64,000 nt of DNA from an uncultured Acidobacteriaceae bacterium (GCA_963782275.1 CAWAJA010000004.1:108746-172745), one strand, 5' to 3'; positions 1-10,984 are shown, counted from the stretch's first letter. The notes: generated from the sequence alone by a model not told the origin. Numbers and translations are program-made.

Positions 1-25
1 TAAATGTCAGCCGAGAGAGGCTGGA

Positions 26-59
26 GGCCAACTTGGGCGCGTCTCGCGCCCCAAAGGCC
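26..59 (-). terminator. GC-rich hairpin downstream of rpsO (terminator or processing stem)
   Basis: On the + strand it reads GGCC-aac-TTGGGCGCG-tct-CGCGCCCCAA-a-GGCC. The core stem is 9 bp with one bulged C, plus a 4 bp outer stem. It lies about 100 nt 3' of the rpsO stop. There is no clear U tract. Confidence 0.3.
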
Positions 60-159
60 CGTGCTGCCCGAAATGCCATTGCCTGGCGGACGACAACTCC
101 GTCCAGCTGGAACCATGGCGTTACGCTCGAAGCTTGATAGTTCAGTGGCTGGCAAACAG

Positions 160-426
160 TTACTTGCGGATGCCCAGTTTCTGAATGACGGCTTTGTAGC
201 GTTCGGTATCAGACTTTCTGAGGTAATCGAGCAAGCTACGTCGCCTGCTCACCATCATGAGAAGACCGCGCCGGGAGGCATGGTCCTTCTTATGCGTCTT
301 GAAATGCTCCGTCAGCTCGCCAATCCGCGTACTCAGGATGGCGATCTGAACTTCCGGCGAACCGGTATCGTTATCGGCTCTCCGGTTATCGGCAATCAGG
401 GCGGCTTTTTTCTCTCGTGCTAACAC
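160..426 (-). CDS. rpsO: 30S ribosomal protein S15
   Basis: 88-aa ORF with a GTG start. The sequence (...[48 protein letters not shown]...) is the canonical S15 signature. Confidence 0.95.
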   Translation of the reverse strand: MLAREKKAALIADNRRADNDTGSPEVQIAILSTRIGELTEHFKTHKKDHASRRGLLMMVSRRRSLLDYLRKSDTERYKAVIQKLGIRK

Positions 427-515
427 TGAATCGGTTGCGCTCCTACTCTCTAATCGTTTGTTGTTACGTCGTTAAGGATAACATGCATCGGAGAGGGACG
501 CCAAACACCGGGACA

Positions 516-1211
516 CTATGCCAACAGCGCCGCGACGACCGCCTGCACATGAATATGCGTAGTATCCAGCAGCGGTACACCACCTGCCCTGTCGTCGCGA
601 AGCAGTAAGGGCAATTCCGTTCCGCCCAGAATGACGCCTTGGATCTGCTCCTGCTCCTGCATGCGATTGATGATCTCCAGCACGCGTTCCCGGGTCTCCG
701 GAAAGAACCTGTCCTTCAAGAGTTCGCCGACGTATTTTTCATGAATCCAGGCCTGTTCATCTTCGTGCGGCATGACCACGGCAATTCCCTGCCGGGAGAA
801 GACGTCGGGATAAAACGACGCCTGCATGGTGAATCGGGTACCGAGCAAACCCGCGCGACGAATCCCTCGACTTTTCGCCTCGTTGCATGTTGCCTCGACA
901 ATGCTGACCAGCGGAAGCGGCGAGCACCGCTGCAGATCATCGAAAACGATATGCGGCGTGTTGGCAGCGATGACGCCGAAGTCGGCTCCGGCCCGCGCGA
1001 GCTTTTGCAGCCCATCAAGCAAGTAATCGGTGACCGCGTCCAGCCGATTCGCGTCCATGAAGTCGAGCAGCTTCGTCACGTCAAGGCTGGTAATGAGAAT
1101 TGCGGGAGCGCTTCCATCCGGCCGCAGTTGACGATAGCTGGCGATAATCGAGCGATAGTAATCGATGGTCGACTCAGGCCCGATTCCGCCGATGATACCG
1201 ACGGTTTTCAT
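516..1211 (-). CDS. Asp/Glu/hydantoin racemase family protein (aspartate-racemase-like, atypical active-site motifs)
   Basis: 231 aa. The N-terminal GIIGGIGPESTIDYY matches the family. The motifs VIAANTPH and ILGGTELP align to the family CNTAH and GCTE motifs. Confidence 0.85.
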   Translation of the reverse strand: MKTVGIIGGIGPESTIDYYRSIIASYRQLRPDGSAPAILITSLDVTKLLDFMDANRLDAVTDYLLDGLQKLARAGADFGVIAANTPHIVFDDLQRCSPLPLVSIVEATCNEAKSRGIRRAGLLGTRFTMQASFYPDVFSRQGIAVVMPHEDEQAWIHEKYVGELLKDRFFPETRERVLEIINRMQEQEQIQGVILGGTELPLLLRDDRAGGVPLLDTTHIHVQAVVAALLA

Positions 1212-1217
1212 GGCGCC

Positions 1218-3299
1218 CTACCAGATCCGTACCCGATCCGCTGGCGCGAGATAGAGAGTCTGACCGGGTATGACATCGAAAGCCTTGTACCAGGCGTCAA
1301 TATTGCGAACCGTGTCTGCCCGGTACTGCGCAGGGGAGTGCGAATCCACCGTCACCTGCTGACGCAGCGCAGCCTCGCGGGTCTTCGACGCATAGTTCTG
1401 GCCAAACGCGATGAAGAACTGCTGGTCGCCGGAGAAGCCATCTTGCACCGGCGCTGTCTTGCCGTTGAGCGAAGCGCGGTAGCCGTCGTAGGAAGCGGAG
1501 ATGCCCGCGACGTCAGCGATGTTCTCGGCCAGTGTCTGCTTGCCGTTGAGGGAGAGATCCGGGAAAGGCTTGTAGTTGTCGTACTGCGCGGCAAGCTTAG
1601 CGGCGGCGGCTTCAAAATGTGCGAGGTCGGCGGGTGTCCACCAGTTTCGCACGGCGCCTTTGGAATCAAACGCGCTGCCTTCCGTGTCAAAGGTGTGGCT
1701 GATTTCGTGGCCGATGACCGAACCGATCGCGCCATAGTTGGCCGCGGCTGGAGCCAGCGGATCAAAGAACGGAGGCTGAAGGACGGCGGCCGGGAAGTTC
1801 AGGGCGTTTTGCAGCGGCAGATTCACCGCATTGACCGTCTGCGGGTCCATGGACCATTCCTTCCGGTCCACCGGCGCGCCCAACCGCGCCACGTCGTGGT
1901 GATACTTAAAAAGACTGCCGCGCCAGATATTGCCGAAGATGTCATCCGCCTTCACTTCGTAGGCCGAGTAGTCAGTCCAGGTTTCCGGATAGCCGACACC
2001 AACATACAGAGTATTGAGCTTGGCCTGCGCTTCGGCTTTAGTGGAAGGATTCATCCACGAGAGCGCTTCAATGCGCTGCCGGAATGCGGCGATGATGTTG
2101 GCCACCATCGCTTGTACCTGGGCTTTGGCTTGCGGCGAGAAATACCGTTGCGCGTAGATCTGTCCAACATCGTCGCCAAGGAACCTGTTGACGATGACCA
2201 CACCGCGCTGCCAGCGAGGGCGTTGTTCAGGCGTGCCCAAAAGCACCTTGCCGAAGAAGGAAAAGCGCTCCTCGGCCAGGGCTTTGGGCAGCACCGGCGC
2301 ATACTCCTCAATCAGGTGATACGCCAGCCAGTCTTTCCAGGTTTCGAGCGGAGTCGAGGCCACCAGAGCCGACTCGCCGGCAAACGCCGTAGGCTGCCAG
2401 ACGATGAAGCTGTTCTGCTTGCTGAGCCCTGCACCCTTGAAGTACGCAGTCCAGTCCAAGCCAGGCGCCTTGGCGGCGAAGTCGGCCTGCTTCCAGGGAT
2501 TATTAGCCTTATGGATGTCATCGTTGTCCGCCAGGCTGAGGTGCTTTTCCGCGATGGCATGCTCCAACTCGACAATGCGCTCGGCACGGGCGTCCGTATC
2601 TGTGAATCCCGCCAGCTTGAGCATCGCCGACACGTGCGTCTGGTACTTGCTGCGGATGTCACGCATGCGCTGGCTGTCGGCAAGGTAATATTCGCGGTCG
2701 GGCAGTTGCAGCCCGCCCTGAAGCAGGTACGCGGTGTAGTGGTCGGAGTCGTTGAAGCCCGGCGCCACCCACAGCCCGAAGAGGTGCGGTGTGTGAAAAT
2801 TGGTGTTGTTTAGCGCGTCGACGTCAGCGCGCAGGCTTTCTCCCAGGGCAACGGCCAATTCAGTTTTGTTCTGGATGGCGGCGATGGCCTTGAGATGGGG
2901 TTGAAGTGGCGCGAGACCTTTGGCTTCGATGGCCGCTTCGTCCATGTAAGAGTTGTAAAGATCGGCGATTTTGCGTGCGCTGGAACCGGCAGCCCCGCCG
3001 CTTTGAGCCGCCTCTTCGATGAGCGCCGCGGTGCGCTTGTTGCTCAAGTCGTCGAGGCCCGAAAAGACGCTTATGCTGGACCGGTCTGGTGGAATGACGG
3101 TGCGCTTGATCCAGTCGCCGTTGGCGTATTCAAAAAAGTTATCGCCCGGCTTGACCGAGCGGTCCATATTGGCGACAACGATGCCGTGAGTCTCTTGTTT
3201 CGGCGCGTCCTGGGCGTGCGAAACGCCGAGTGCGAGGCCGATGGCGAAAACCCCAAGAACCTTGCTGGCAAAATTGAGGGATTTAAGGGCAAATCTCAT
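1218..3299 (-). CDS. M13 family zinc metallopeptidase (PepO / endothelin-converting-enzyme-like), secreted
   Basis: 693 aa with an N-terminal signal-like segment. It has the HExxH motif (VIGHEISHTFD), the downstream GENIADVAG (ExxxD) motif, and a C-terminal W typical of M13. Confidence 0.9.
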   Translation of the reverse strand: MRFALKSLNFASKVLGVFAIGLALGVSHAQDAPKQETHGIVVANMDRSVKPGDNFFEYANGDWIKRTVIPPDRSSISVFSGLDDLSNKRTAALIEEAAQSGGAAGSSARKIADLYNSYMDEAAIEAKGLAPLQPHLKAIAAIQNKTELAVALGESLRADVDALNNTNFHTPHLFGLWVAPGFNDSDHYTAYLLQGGLQLPDREYYLADSQRMRDIRSKYQTHVSAMLKLAGFTDTDARAERIVELEHAIAEKHLSLADNDDIHKANNPWKQADFAAKAPGLDWTAYFKGAGLSKQNSFIVWQPTAFAGESALVASTPLETWKDWLAYHLIEEYAPVLPKALAEERFSFFGKVLLGTPEQRPRWQRGVVIVNRFLGDDVGQIYAQRYFSPQAKAQVQAMVANIIAAFRQRIEALSWMNPSTKAEAQAKLNTLYVGVGYPETWTDYSAYEVKADDIFGNIWRGSLFKYHHDVARLGAPVDRKEWSMDPQTVNAVNLPLQNALNFPAAVLQPPFFDPLAPAAANYGAIGSVIGHEISHTFDTEGSAFDSKGAVRNWWTPADLAHFEAAAAKLAAQYDNYKPFPDLSLNGKQTLAENIADVAGISASYDGYRASLNGKTAPVQDGFSGDQQFFIAFGQNYASKTREAALRQQVTVDSHSPAQYRADTVRNIDAWYKAFDVIPGQTLYLAPADRVRIW

Positions 3300-3446
3300 T
3301 TACAGGGCTCCGAAGGGCGTCTGCCTGGGAACGCAGGCCCTCACTCTAGACGGGAAACGAAACAAGAGGGTAGCACGACGAGTGAGTTTCAGTGCAGGCG
3401 AAGAATCGACAGACGACCTGCAGTAAGGCAGTCCGCCGCGGCCATC

Positions 3447-6312
3447 CTAGCGCGTAGCCTTCTCCAGCAGGTACATATAGGAGCGATAGATATGGCCCGT
3501 GGCCCGAGTCATACCGATCTCGCAGGTGCGGCTGCTGGAGTAGCACTCGTCCGGCCGCTTCGCTTTCACCTCGGATGCCTCGTGCTTGGTCGCCGACTGG
3601 GTCAGCTCAGGGAACAGGAAACCGCGATCGCCGGCGAAGCCACAGCAACCAGCCTCGATCGGAACAGTGACCTCTTCGCTGCATGCGCGAGCAATTCCTT
3701 CCAGCTTCGCTCCGATGCCCATCTTCGTCACCGAACACACCGGATGCAGGGCGACTGAGCGAGACCTTGTCCTGATCGCCAGCTTGGGCAACAGCTCGTC
3801 GTGAACGAACTCGATGGCATCCAGAAATGTCATGCGGTCGTAGCGTTCCTGGTTTTCCTGCGTCAGATACGCGCGTGCGGTTTTGAAGCCATAGGTGCAA
3901 GGGCTGGTGTCAATCACGATGGGCAGCTTTCCTTCCCCAGACCATCGCCAGCAATGCTCCACGGCGCTATTGATCGCGACGGCGTGCGCGCGACTGAGGC
4001 CCTTCGACGAGAACGGCGTACCGCAGCAAGTCCCCGCGACATCGCCCGGAATGAACACCGGCACTCCTGCGCGACGGGCCAACGCTACCGTCACTTCCAT
4101 CAGCGAAGAATCTTTGGGTTCGCCCGGGATCCTGCCCATGACGCGCGAAATGCACGATGGAAAATAAACTGCCTGCGCTCCTGCTCGTTCAGTGTTGGGC
4201 ACTGGACCTGCGGCATACGGCGTATCGGGCATCCATTCGCTGAAGTTATCTCCCGCCACACCCTTCATCGCCCCCGTGAGCGCACGCATGCCGCCAACGC
4301 CGATCACCTTCTCCGTGGCGTGTCCCAGCCGCAGCCCCCAACGCAGCGCACGTTCGGTGAATGCGAAATTGTTGGCGATGCGCACCGCCCACTCCTGCTC
4401 CCCAGCCGACGCACGAACGTTGCGGAAGCGCTTTACCAATTGGCCGGTGTCGATGCTCACCGGACACGCGGTCGCGCACATCCCATCCGTCGCACAAGTG
4501 TCGAGCGCCATGTAGGGGAATTCACGGTCGAGCGCCGTATAAAGTTCGGAAGCGTTACCACCCTCCTGCAGCCGTGCCATCTCGCGCCGCACCACGATGC
4601 GCTGCCGCGGCGTCAGCGTCAGCTCACGGCTCGGGCACTTGGGTTCGCAATAACCGCACTCGATGCACTTATCGATCTCAGGCTCGACCGACGGCAACTG
4701 CTTGAGGTTGGCCAGATGAGCCTGGCGATCGGGATTAATGATGACGCCCGGGTTCAGCAGATTGTGGGGATCGGCCAGTTCCTTCAGCCGGCGCATAATC
4801 GCGTAGCCGTCGCTGCCCCACTCGGTCTCGACGAACGGTGCCATGTTGCGCCCGGTGCCATGCTCCGCCTTCAGCGCGCCGTCGTAACGTTCGACCACAA
4901 GCTTAACGACGTCATCGATAAACCGCGCGTATTGATCAACTACCACCTGATTGTTAAAGCTTTGGGTGATTACAAAGTGGAGGTTGCCGTCCTTGGCGTG
5001 GCCGAAGATGATGGCGTCGTCGATATTGGTGCTTGCCAAAGAGCATGGTGAGGTCCTGCGCACCATCCGCCAGATGCTCGACAGGAAACGCTACGTCTTC
5101 GATAATGACCGTGGTGCCGCTCTTGCGCACCGATCCAACCGACGGGAACATACCGGAGCGAATCTTCCACAGCAGGGCCTGCTCGGGTGCGTGATGCGTA
5201 AAATGCGCAGGTTCGTAGAGCTTGAGCCCCCCGACCGCTTCCGCCGCAACCTTCTCCAGTTCCGTGCGCTCGCTCTCTTGCGCCGATTGAAACTCCGCCA
5301 ACAATCCAGCGGCTCCGTCCGGGAGAGTGCGAATCGAAGCAGGTACGCCGCTCTGCGTTTCCACCGAGCGCAGCGAGGCGCGATCCATGATCTCTAGGGC
5401 CTTCGCGCCAGCCTGCCGCAGCGGCACGATGGACGCCGCCGCTGCGTAAAGATCGGGAAACAGCAGCAGCCCGGTGTACTTCACAGGCAGATCGGGTACC
5501 GTGTTCAGCACCGCCTCAGCGATGAACGCCAGCGTGCCTTCCGACCCGATGATCACGTGCTGGAAAATGTCGACGGCCTTGTCGAAATCGAGGAACGCAT
5601 TCAGCGAGTAACCGGTGGTGTTCTTCATCCGGTACTTACTGCGCACCCGTTCGCGAAGTGCAGCATTTTGCTCCAGATGAGCCTTCAGTTCCAACACGCC
5701 GCGCGCCAGTTGCGGCTCGCGCGCGTGAAACTGCTCATCGGCATCAGGCAGCGAAGTGTCAATAACGGTGCCCGACGGCAGCGTGAACTTCATCGAGTGC
5801 AGCGTGTGGTAGGCGTTCTGCTCGACGCCGCAGCACATCCCGCTGGAGTTGTTCGAGAGTATCCCGCCCAGCGTACAAGTTGCGATGGATGCGGGATCAG
5901 GGCCGATCTTGGCGCCGTAAGCCGCCAGCGCTTGATTCGCACGCCCGCCAATCACGCCCGGCTGTACGCGAATCTTCTTTCCGCCCTCCTCCACTCGCAG
6001 ATTACGCCAGTTGCGCGCCACCTCGACCAACAAGCCATCGGAAATGGATTGCCCCGACAGGCTCGTTCCGGCGGCGCGAAACGTCATCGGTATCTGCATG
6101 CGCTGGCTGAAGGCAAACAGCGCCTGAATCTCCTCGACGCTTTGCGCCTGCACTACCGCTTTGGGAATAAGGCGATAGAAGCTGGCGTCGGAAGCGTAGG
6201 CGATGAGATCGATTGGACGGATGAGGACGCGCTCGGCGGCGACGGTGCCAGCCAGCGAAGACTTGATTTCCTGTGGTGTGACTTTCGCGGGAGACAGGAC
6301 AGTAGTGGCCAT
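3447..6312 (-). pseudogene. FAD-linked oxidase fused to 4Fe-4S and CCG domains (YdiJ / D-2-hydroxyacid dehydrogenase-like), one frame break
   Basis: ORF 4954..6312 carries the FAD_binding_4-type N-terminus. ORF 3447..5066 carries the oxidase C-terminus, CxxCxxCxxxCP, and two CCG-type Cys-rich repeats. The junction ...LFGKHQY / DDAIIFGHAKDGNLHF is restored by removing one base near 5022. Confidence 0.85.
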
Positions 6313-6315
6313 ATG

Positions 6316-7032
6316 CTACAGCCCCAGGTACGCTTTCCGCACTTCATCCATGCTGGCTACCTGCTGCGATTCACCCTCGATCGGAACACGGCCTTCGGCG
6401 AACACGTAAGTATAGTCGCTCACCGCCAGGGCGAGGTGCACGTTCTGCTCCACCAAGATGATGGTAATTCCCTGCTCCTTCAGGGTCTTCAAGGTCAGGA
6501 AAAGCTGCTGCGCCAGCACCGGGGCGAGGCCGAGTGACAGCTCGTCAATCATCAGGACCACGGGCTGCTGCATGAGGCCACGGCCCATCGCCAGCATCTG
6601 CTGCTCGCCGCCCGAAAGCGTGACTGCCTTCTGCGTGCGCCGCTCTTTCAAGCGCGGGAATAATTCAAAGACACGCCCCAAGGTTTCTTTCGCGTGTTTA
6701 CGCGCCCGGTGGGAATATCCCCCCATCTCCAGGTTCTCTTCCACCGACATGTCGGGAAAAAGCTGCCGGCCTTCCGGCACCAGAACCAGGCCGCGGCTGG
6801 CTTTGGCGTGAGGCGAAAGCTTGGTCACATCCTGCCCATGCATCAGCACGCGGCCGCTCCACGGAGACACAGTGCCCATAATGGTGCGCAGCGTAGTCGT
6901 CTTTCCCGCGCCGTTGGCTCCAATGATCGTGGTCACTTTGCCCTGACGCACTTGCAGCGAGATGCCCCAGAGCACCTGCACCTCGCCGTATCCGGATTCA
7001 ATCTTTTCCAGTTGCAGGACGCTGTTCATCAC
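6316..7032 (-). CDS. livF: Branched-chain amino acid ABC transporter ATP-binding protein LivF
   Basis: 238 aa. Walker A is GANGAGKTT, the signature is LSGGEQQ, and Walker B is LMIDE. It is the last gene of the liv operon and overlaps livG by 4 nt. Confidence 0.9.
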   Translation of the reverse strand: MMNSVLQLEKIESGYGEVQVLWGISLQVRQGKVTTIIGANGAGKTTTLRTIMGTVSPWSGRVLMHGQDVTKLSPHAKASRGLVLVPEGRQLFPDMSVEENLEMGGYSHRARKHAKETLGRVFELFPRLKERRTQKAVTLSGGEQQMLAMGRGLMQQPVVLMIDELSLGLAPVLAQQLFLTLKTLKEQGITIILVEQNVHLALAVSDYTYVFAEGRVPIEGESQQVASMDEVRKAYLGL

Positions 7033-7781
7033 TGCACGCCCCTCAACTTGTCCACGATGTCCGGGAAGCCCAAATAGGCTTCGACCACATTGGGATCCTG
7101 CACCACTTCCTGCGGACGCCCTTCGGCGAGCTTAGCTCCCAAATTCAGCACCACGATGCGGTCGGAGAGACTCATGATCGCCTGCATCAGGTGCTCGATC
7201 ATGAGCACCGAGATGCCGCTGTCGCGGATGTCGCGCACGATGCCGATCATTACTTCAACCTCGGTGGGATTCAGACCGGCCAGGACTTCGTCCAGCAGGA
7301 GCAGCTTGGGACGCGCGGCCAGCGCACGTGCGACCTCCAGACGCTTCTTACCCGCGATGGTGAGCGACCGTGCCGAAGAAGAGGCCCGCTCCGCCAGACT
7401 CACGCGCTCCAAGACCTCCATCGCAACCTTGCGTGCCGGTTTGAGTTGCAGATAATCACGTCCGAAGCAGGCGCCTACGGTCACGTTCTCCAGCACCGTC
7501 ATGCCGTACAGCGGTTTTACGATCTGATGAGTGCGCGCGATGCCGAGGTGGACTACTTCATTGGGCGCACGATTGGTGATGTCCTGCCCCGCGAACCTGA
7601 TCTTCCCTGCATTCAGCTTGTAAACGCCGTTGACCATGTTAAACAGCGTCGTCTTGCCCGCGCCGTTGGGACCGATCAGTCCCAGGATCTCGCCTTCGGC
7701 TAGCGTGAAGCTCACGTCTGACACTGCCACCAACCCGCCAAAGCGCCTGGTCACGCCGTTCACCTCCAGTAAGGCGGTCAT
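7029..7781 (-). CDS. livG: Branched-chain amino acid ABC transporter ATP-binding protein LivG
   Basis: 250 aa. It has RRFGGLVAVSDVSF, Walker A GPNGAGKTT, and a C-terminal LivG-type extension ...NVVEAYLG. Confidence 0.9.
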   Translation of the reverse strand: MTALLEVNGVTRRFGGLVAVSDVSFTLAEGEILGLIGPNGAGKTTLFNMVNGVYKLNAGKIRFAGQDITNRAPNEVVHLGIARTHQIVKPLYGMTVLENVTVGACFGRDYLQLKPARKVAMEVLERVSLAERASSSARSLTIAGKKRLEVARALAARPKLLLLDEVLAGLNPTEVEVMIGIVRDIRDSGISVLMIEHLMQAIMSLSDRIVVLNLGAKLAEGRPQEVVQDPNVVEAYLGFPDIVDKLRGVQ

Positions 7782-8743
7782 TCAATCACCTTCTCGGAGC
7801 GCGGCACCAGACGATACAGCCAGCCAATCAGGCCGCCGGGTGCAAACAACACCACCAGTAACAACAAAGCGCCGGCAATCACCAGGTGGAAGTTCGACAG
7901 CTTGGGAGAAGTCAGCAGGTAGGAGCGCAGTTTCTCGTATAGGCCTCCGCCCAGGGCAGCGCCGATCACGGTGCCTTTGCCGCCCAGCATCAGCATCACA
8001 ATTCCCTCCAGGGAGAGCATGAACTCGAACGCAATGGAGGGATCGATCATCCCGTTCTTGTAGAACATCAGGGTCCCGGCAACGGCGGGCAGGAACGCCG
8101 AAACGCTGTAGATGATTGCCTTATAGACGGTCGCGTTGACACCAAGGACGACGGCGGCATCTTCGTCCTCACGAATGGCGAACAAACCCAGCCCAAACTT
8201 TGAGATCTTGATAACCAGACTCAGGATCATAGACAGAGCCATCACCGCGATGACCAGGAAATACGTGATCCAGAGAGCGCGGCGTGCTCCTCCTAGCGGC
8301 TGATACGCGTCGAACGAAACATATAGGCCGGTCGAACGGCCCCACGGGTCGAAGTTGGAAACGAAGGACTGAACTGCGACAAGAATTCCGATCGTAGCCA
8401 GCGCGAAATAGGCGCCGCGCAGGCGTAAGATGCCAAGGCCGAACAGCAGCGCGCAAAGGCTGACCCCCAGCCCCGCCAGCAGCGCCGACAGCACCAGGTT
8501 CCAACCTCGCACCGTGGCCAAGTAGAGTCCGATGTAGCCTCCAAGCCCGTAAAAGACAATGTGTCCGAAGTTGACGTACCCGGTATAGCCAATCATCAGA
8601 TTCAGATTGCTGGCCAAAATAATGGCGACCGCCACCAGGATGAGGTCCTCTCGCATGGAAACGTTGTTGCCATGCAGCGGGATCGCAATCATCAGGCCCG
8701 CGAAGATGAGAGTCAGCCAGAACACCGGGCGGCGGAAGATCAT
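7778..8743 (-). CDS. livM: Branched-chain amino acid ABC transporter permease LivM
   Basis: 321-aa polytopic membrane protein with the LivM-type motif FGHIVFYGLGGY...LRLRGAYFALATIG. It overlaps both neighbours. Confidence 0.9.
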   Translation of the reverse strand: MIFRRPVFWLTLIFAGLMIAIPLHGNNVSMREDLILVAVAIILASNLNLMIGYTGYVNFGHIVFYGLGGYIGLYLATVRGWNLVLSALLAGLGVSLCALLFGLGILRLRGAYFALATIGILVAVQSFVSNFDPWGRSTGLYVSFDAYQPLGGARRALWITYFLVIAVMALSMILSLVIKISKFGLGLFAIREDEDAAVVLGVNATVYKAIIYSVSAFLPAVAGTLMFYKNGMIDPSIAFEFMLSLEGIVMLMLGGKGTVIGAALGGGLYEKLRSYLLTSPKLSNFHLVIAGALLLLVVLFAPGGLIGWLYRLVPRSEKVIE

Positions 8744-9601
8744 GCCGTGGCCCTCGCAAATAGGCCTTTAGGAAAGGCAACCAGCACGATCACGAACAGT
8801 CCAAACTCGATCAGCGGAATCCAACTGACAGCAATGAACGGGGTCACCGCTCCCTCCAGCAAGCCCAGCAGCATCGCCGGCAACAAGCGCGCCGAAGGGC
8901 TTACCGAGTCCGGCCAGGACGGTCACTACGAAGCTCTTCATCTGGTAATCGCGCCGGAAAGAATGGTGAAGGGAAACAAGGTCGAGACCAGCGCCCCGGA
9001 AGCCGCTGCCAGCGCGATGCCGATGGCAAACGCGAGCGCCAGCACCATGGTCGAGGAGATGCCCATCAACTCGGCTGCTTCGCGATTGTCTGCGACGGCG
9101 CGGATGGCCTTGCCCGGCCGGGTGCGATACAGAAACAGTTCCAGCGCCAGCGCGATGACCACCGCGGCGAGCGCCGCGGCAAGATGGTTGCCGGTGAACG
9201 TATAGGCGCCAATGGTGATGCCGCGCAGCGTGAAGTTCACGTTATACGGACTGGTGCTCCAGATCGCGGTGCCGATTCCAATGATGATCATGTTGACCGC
9301 GAAGGTGGACAGCAGGCTGGCCAATTGCGGCCGGTCGATGACCCAGTGCACCGACGTCCAGTAAATGATCAGTCCCAGCACCAATCCCGCCGCAATGACC
9401 GGCAACAGCAGCAAGTAAGCGTTGATCGGGAAGGCGGCAAACAGCAGGTACATGCCGAACATGCCCAGTGCGATCACCGCGCCGTGGGTGAGATTGATGA
9501 CATCCATCACTCCCCAGATCAGACTCAAGCCCATGGCCGCCAGCCCGTAGACCGCAGCCGATGAGCAGGCCATCAATCATGGAGGCCAGAATGCCAGACA
9601 T
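8740..9601 (-). pseudogene. livH: Branched-chain amino acid ABC transporter permease LivH, three frame breaks
   Basis: The N-terminus MSGILASMIDGLLIG is in ORF 9242..9601. The core AVYGLAAMGLSLIWGV... is in ORF 8938..9576. The unlisted tail segments are DYQMKSFVVTVLAGLGKPFGALVAG and MLLGLLEGAVTPFIAVSWIPLIEF...FPKGLF. The gene ends in a TGA overlapping the livM ATG. Breaks lie near 9556, 8945 and 8875. Confidence 0.8.
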
Positions 9602-9658
9602 ATCTCACCCTGTGCGCCACGCGCACGTTGTCAATCACTGTCTTGCTGAGCGGCCCGA

Positions 9659-10864
9659 TTAGTGAATCGGATAGACCAGGTTGGCGCTCTTTGCCGCCAG
9701 CGGCCAAACCACTTGCTTCACCAGCTTGCCTGACTTGTCCTTTTGCCACTGGGCCAGAACCATGGCGTGTCCCACTTGCAAGCCATGGTCGTTGGCCGCG
9801 GTCGAAAACTTGGTGCGCCCGTAGAACGTCGTGACGTCGGTCTTGTTCAGGGCATTCGCCACTTTGGCCGTGTCCGTGCCACCAGCCTGCTCGATGGCGC
9901 GTTGCAGAATCAGGCCGGAGGCGTAACCACCAGCCGATTCATAGCTGGGTGCAGCGTTGTACTTCGCGTTGTACGCTTTGGCGAAATCTGCGCCGCTGGG
10001 TCCGTATTGCGCCTTGAATGCCACTTGCGGCTCCCACTGCGAGGGCACGATCACGCCCACCGCCGCATCCCCCAGTTCGGGCCATTTGTCGGACTGTCGG
10101 GCGCCACCAGCAAGGTGATCATCTTCACCGGAACCTTGTGCTCGTAGAGTTGCTTCGCCAGCGTCGAGCCATCGGCATAGTGCCCACCACCCAGCAGCAC
10201 CGTGGCCTTCGACGCGATTACTTTGTCAATGATGGCGCTGAAGTCCGTCGTGTTGGGAGCATACCGCTCGCTGAAAACCACGTTCATTCCGATCTGTTGC
10301 GCGTAGGCCTTCGCCGGATCCACCACCGAATTCGAGAAGGAAGCATCTTCATAAACGAACGCCACGGTGGCCTTCGGGTCCTTGGTCTTCAAGGCGTCCA
10401 GCGCGCCCTTCAGGTACTCCGCTCCCCGGAGTGAACATCTGGAAGAGGTAATGATTCCCCAGCGTGTAGGTCTTGCCTTCAGCCGCTCCCGTGGTGAGCA
10501 TGATCTTGCCGTTCTGCTCGGTTACGATGGCGGCGGTCGCCGTGAGGCTGGAGGAGTACGGACTGAACAGGAAATCCGCGTTGTCCTGCAGGATCATGCG
10601 CGAATAGAGCTGCTGCACGCGCTTGACGTTGGATTCGTCATCGTACTTGACGAACTGGATTTTGTAGCTCTTGCCGCCTGCTTTGATGCCGCCGGCAGCG
10701 TTCACCTGGTCGCGCCACAGCTCGAATCCGCGGTACTGCTCAAGCGAGTCCACGTTCATGTTGCCGGTATTAGATACTGTCATTCCGATGGTGATGGTTC
10801 TGGGCAATGCCCGCGGTGACGAAGAGAGGAGGAGAATAAACAGAATGAGGCTCAGTCGTTTCAC
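9659..10864 (-). pseudogene. livK: Branched-chain amino acid ABC transporter substrate-binding protein (LivK-like), two frame breaks
   Basis: Three ORF fragments (10349..10864, 10051..10392 and 9659..10060) join into one periplasmic-binding-protein type I sequence of about 400 aa with a signal peptide (MKRLSLILFILLLSS). Breaks lie near 10421 (+1) and 10086 (-1 in an A run). Total length is a multiple of 3. Confidence 0.85.
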
Positions 10865-10968
10865 GATGCACCTTCGCTAAAACGTTGTGGTGTCAGCAAA
10901 TAGCGCTAGTTGCGATGACAGCGTACGGCGGCGACTGATCGCAACCTATGACTGAAGTCACCCCATCC

Positions 10969-10984
10969 TGTGATTTTGCTCACA
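10969..10984. promoter_or_regulatory. Perfect TGTGA-N6-TCACA palindrome (CRP/Fnr-family-type site) upstream of the liv operon
   Basis: The sequence TGTGAttttgcTCACA is centred about 112 nt upstream of the livK start codon, in the livK / cpxP-like divergent spacer. Confidence 0.35.

Noticed and set aside
639-2813. 724-aa + strand ORF, plus similar long antisense ORFs at 3801..5051, 29742..31001, 54526..55470, 15628..16317 and 5557..6537.
   Set aside because: All lie antisense to, or out of frame with, genes that have unmistakable family signatures (M13 peptidase, FAD oxidase, ABC ATPase, ygfZ/DUF1844 and others). Their translations are Arg/Gly/Ala/Pro-rich with no motifs. These are typical shadow ORFs of high-GC DNA.
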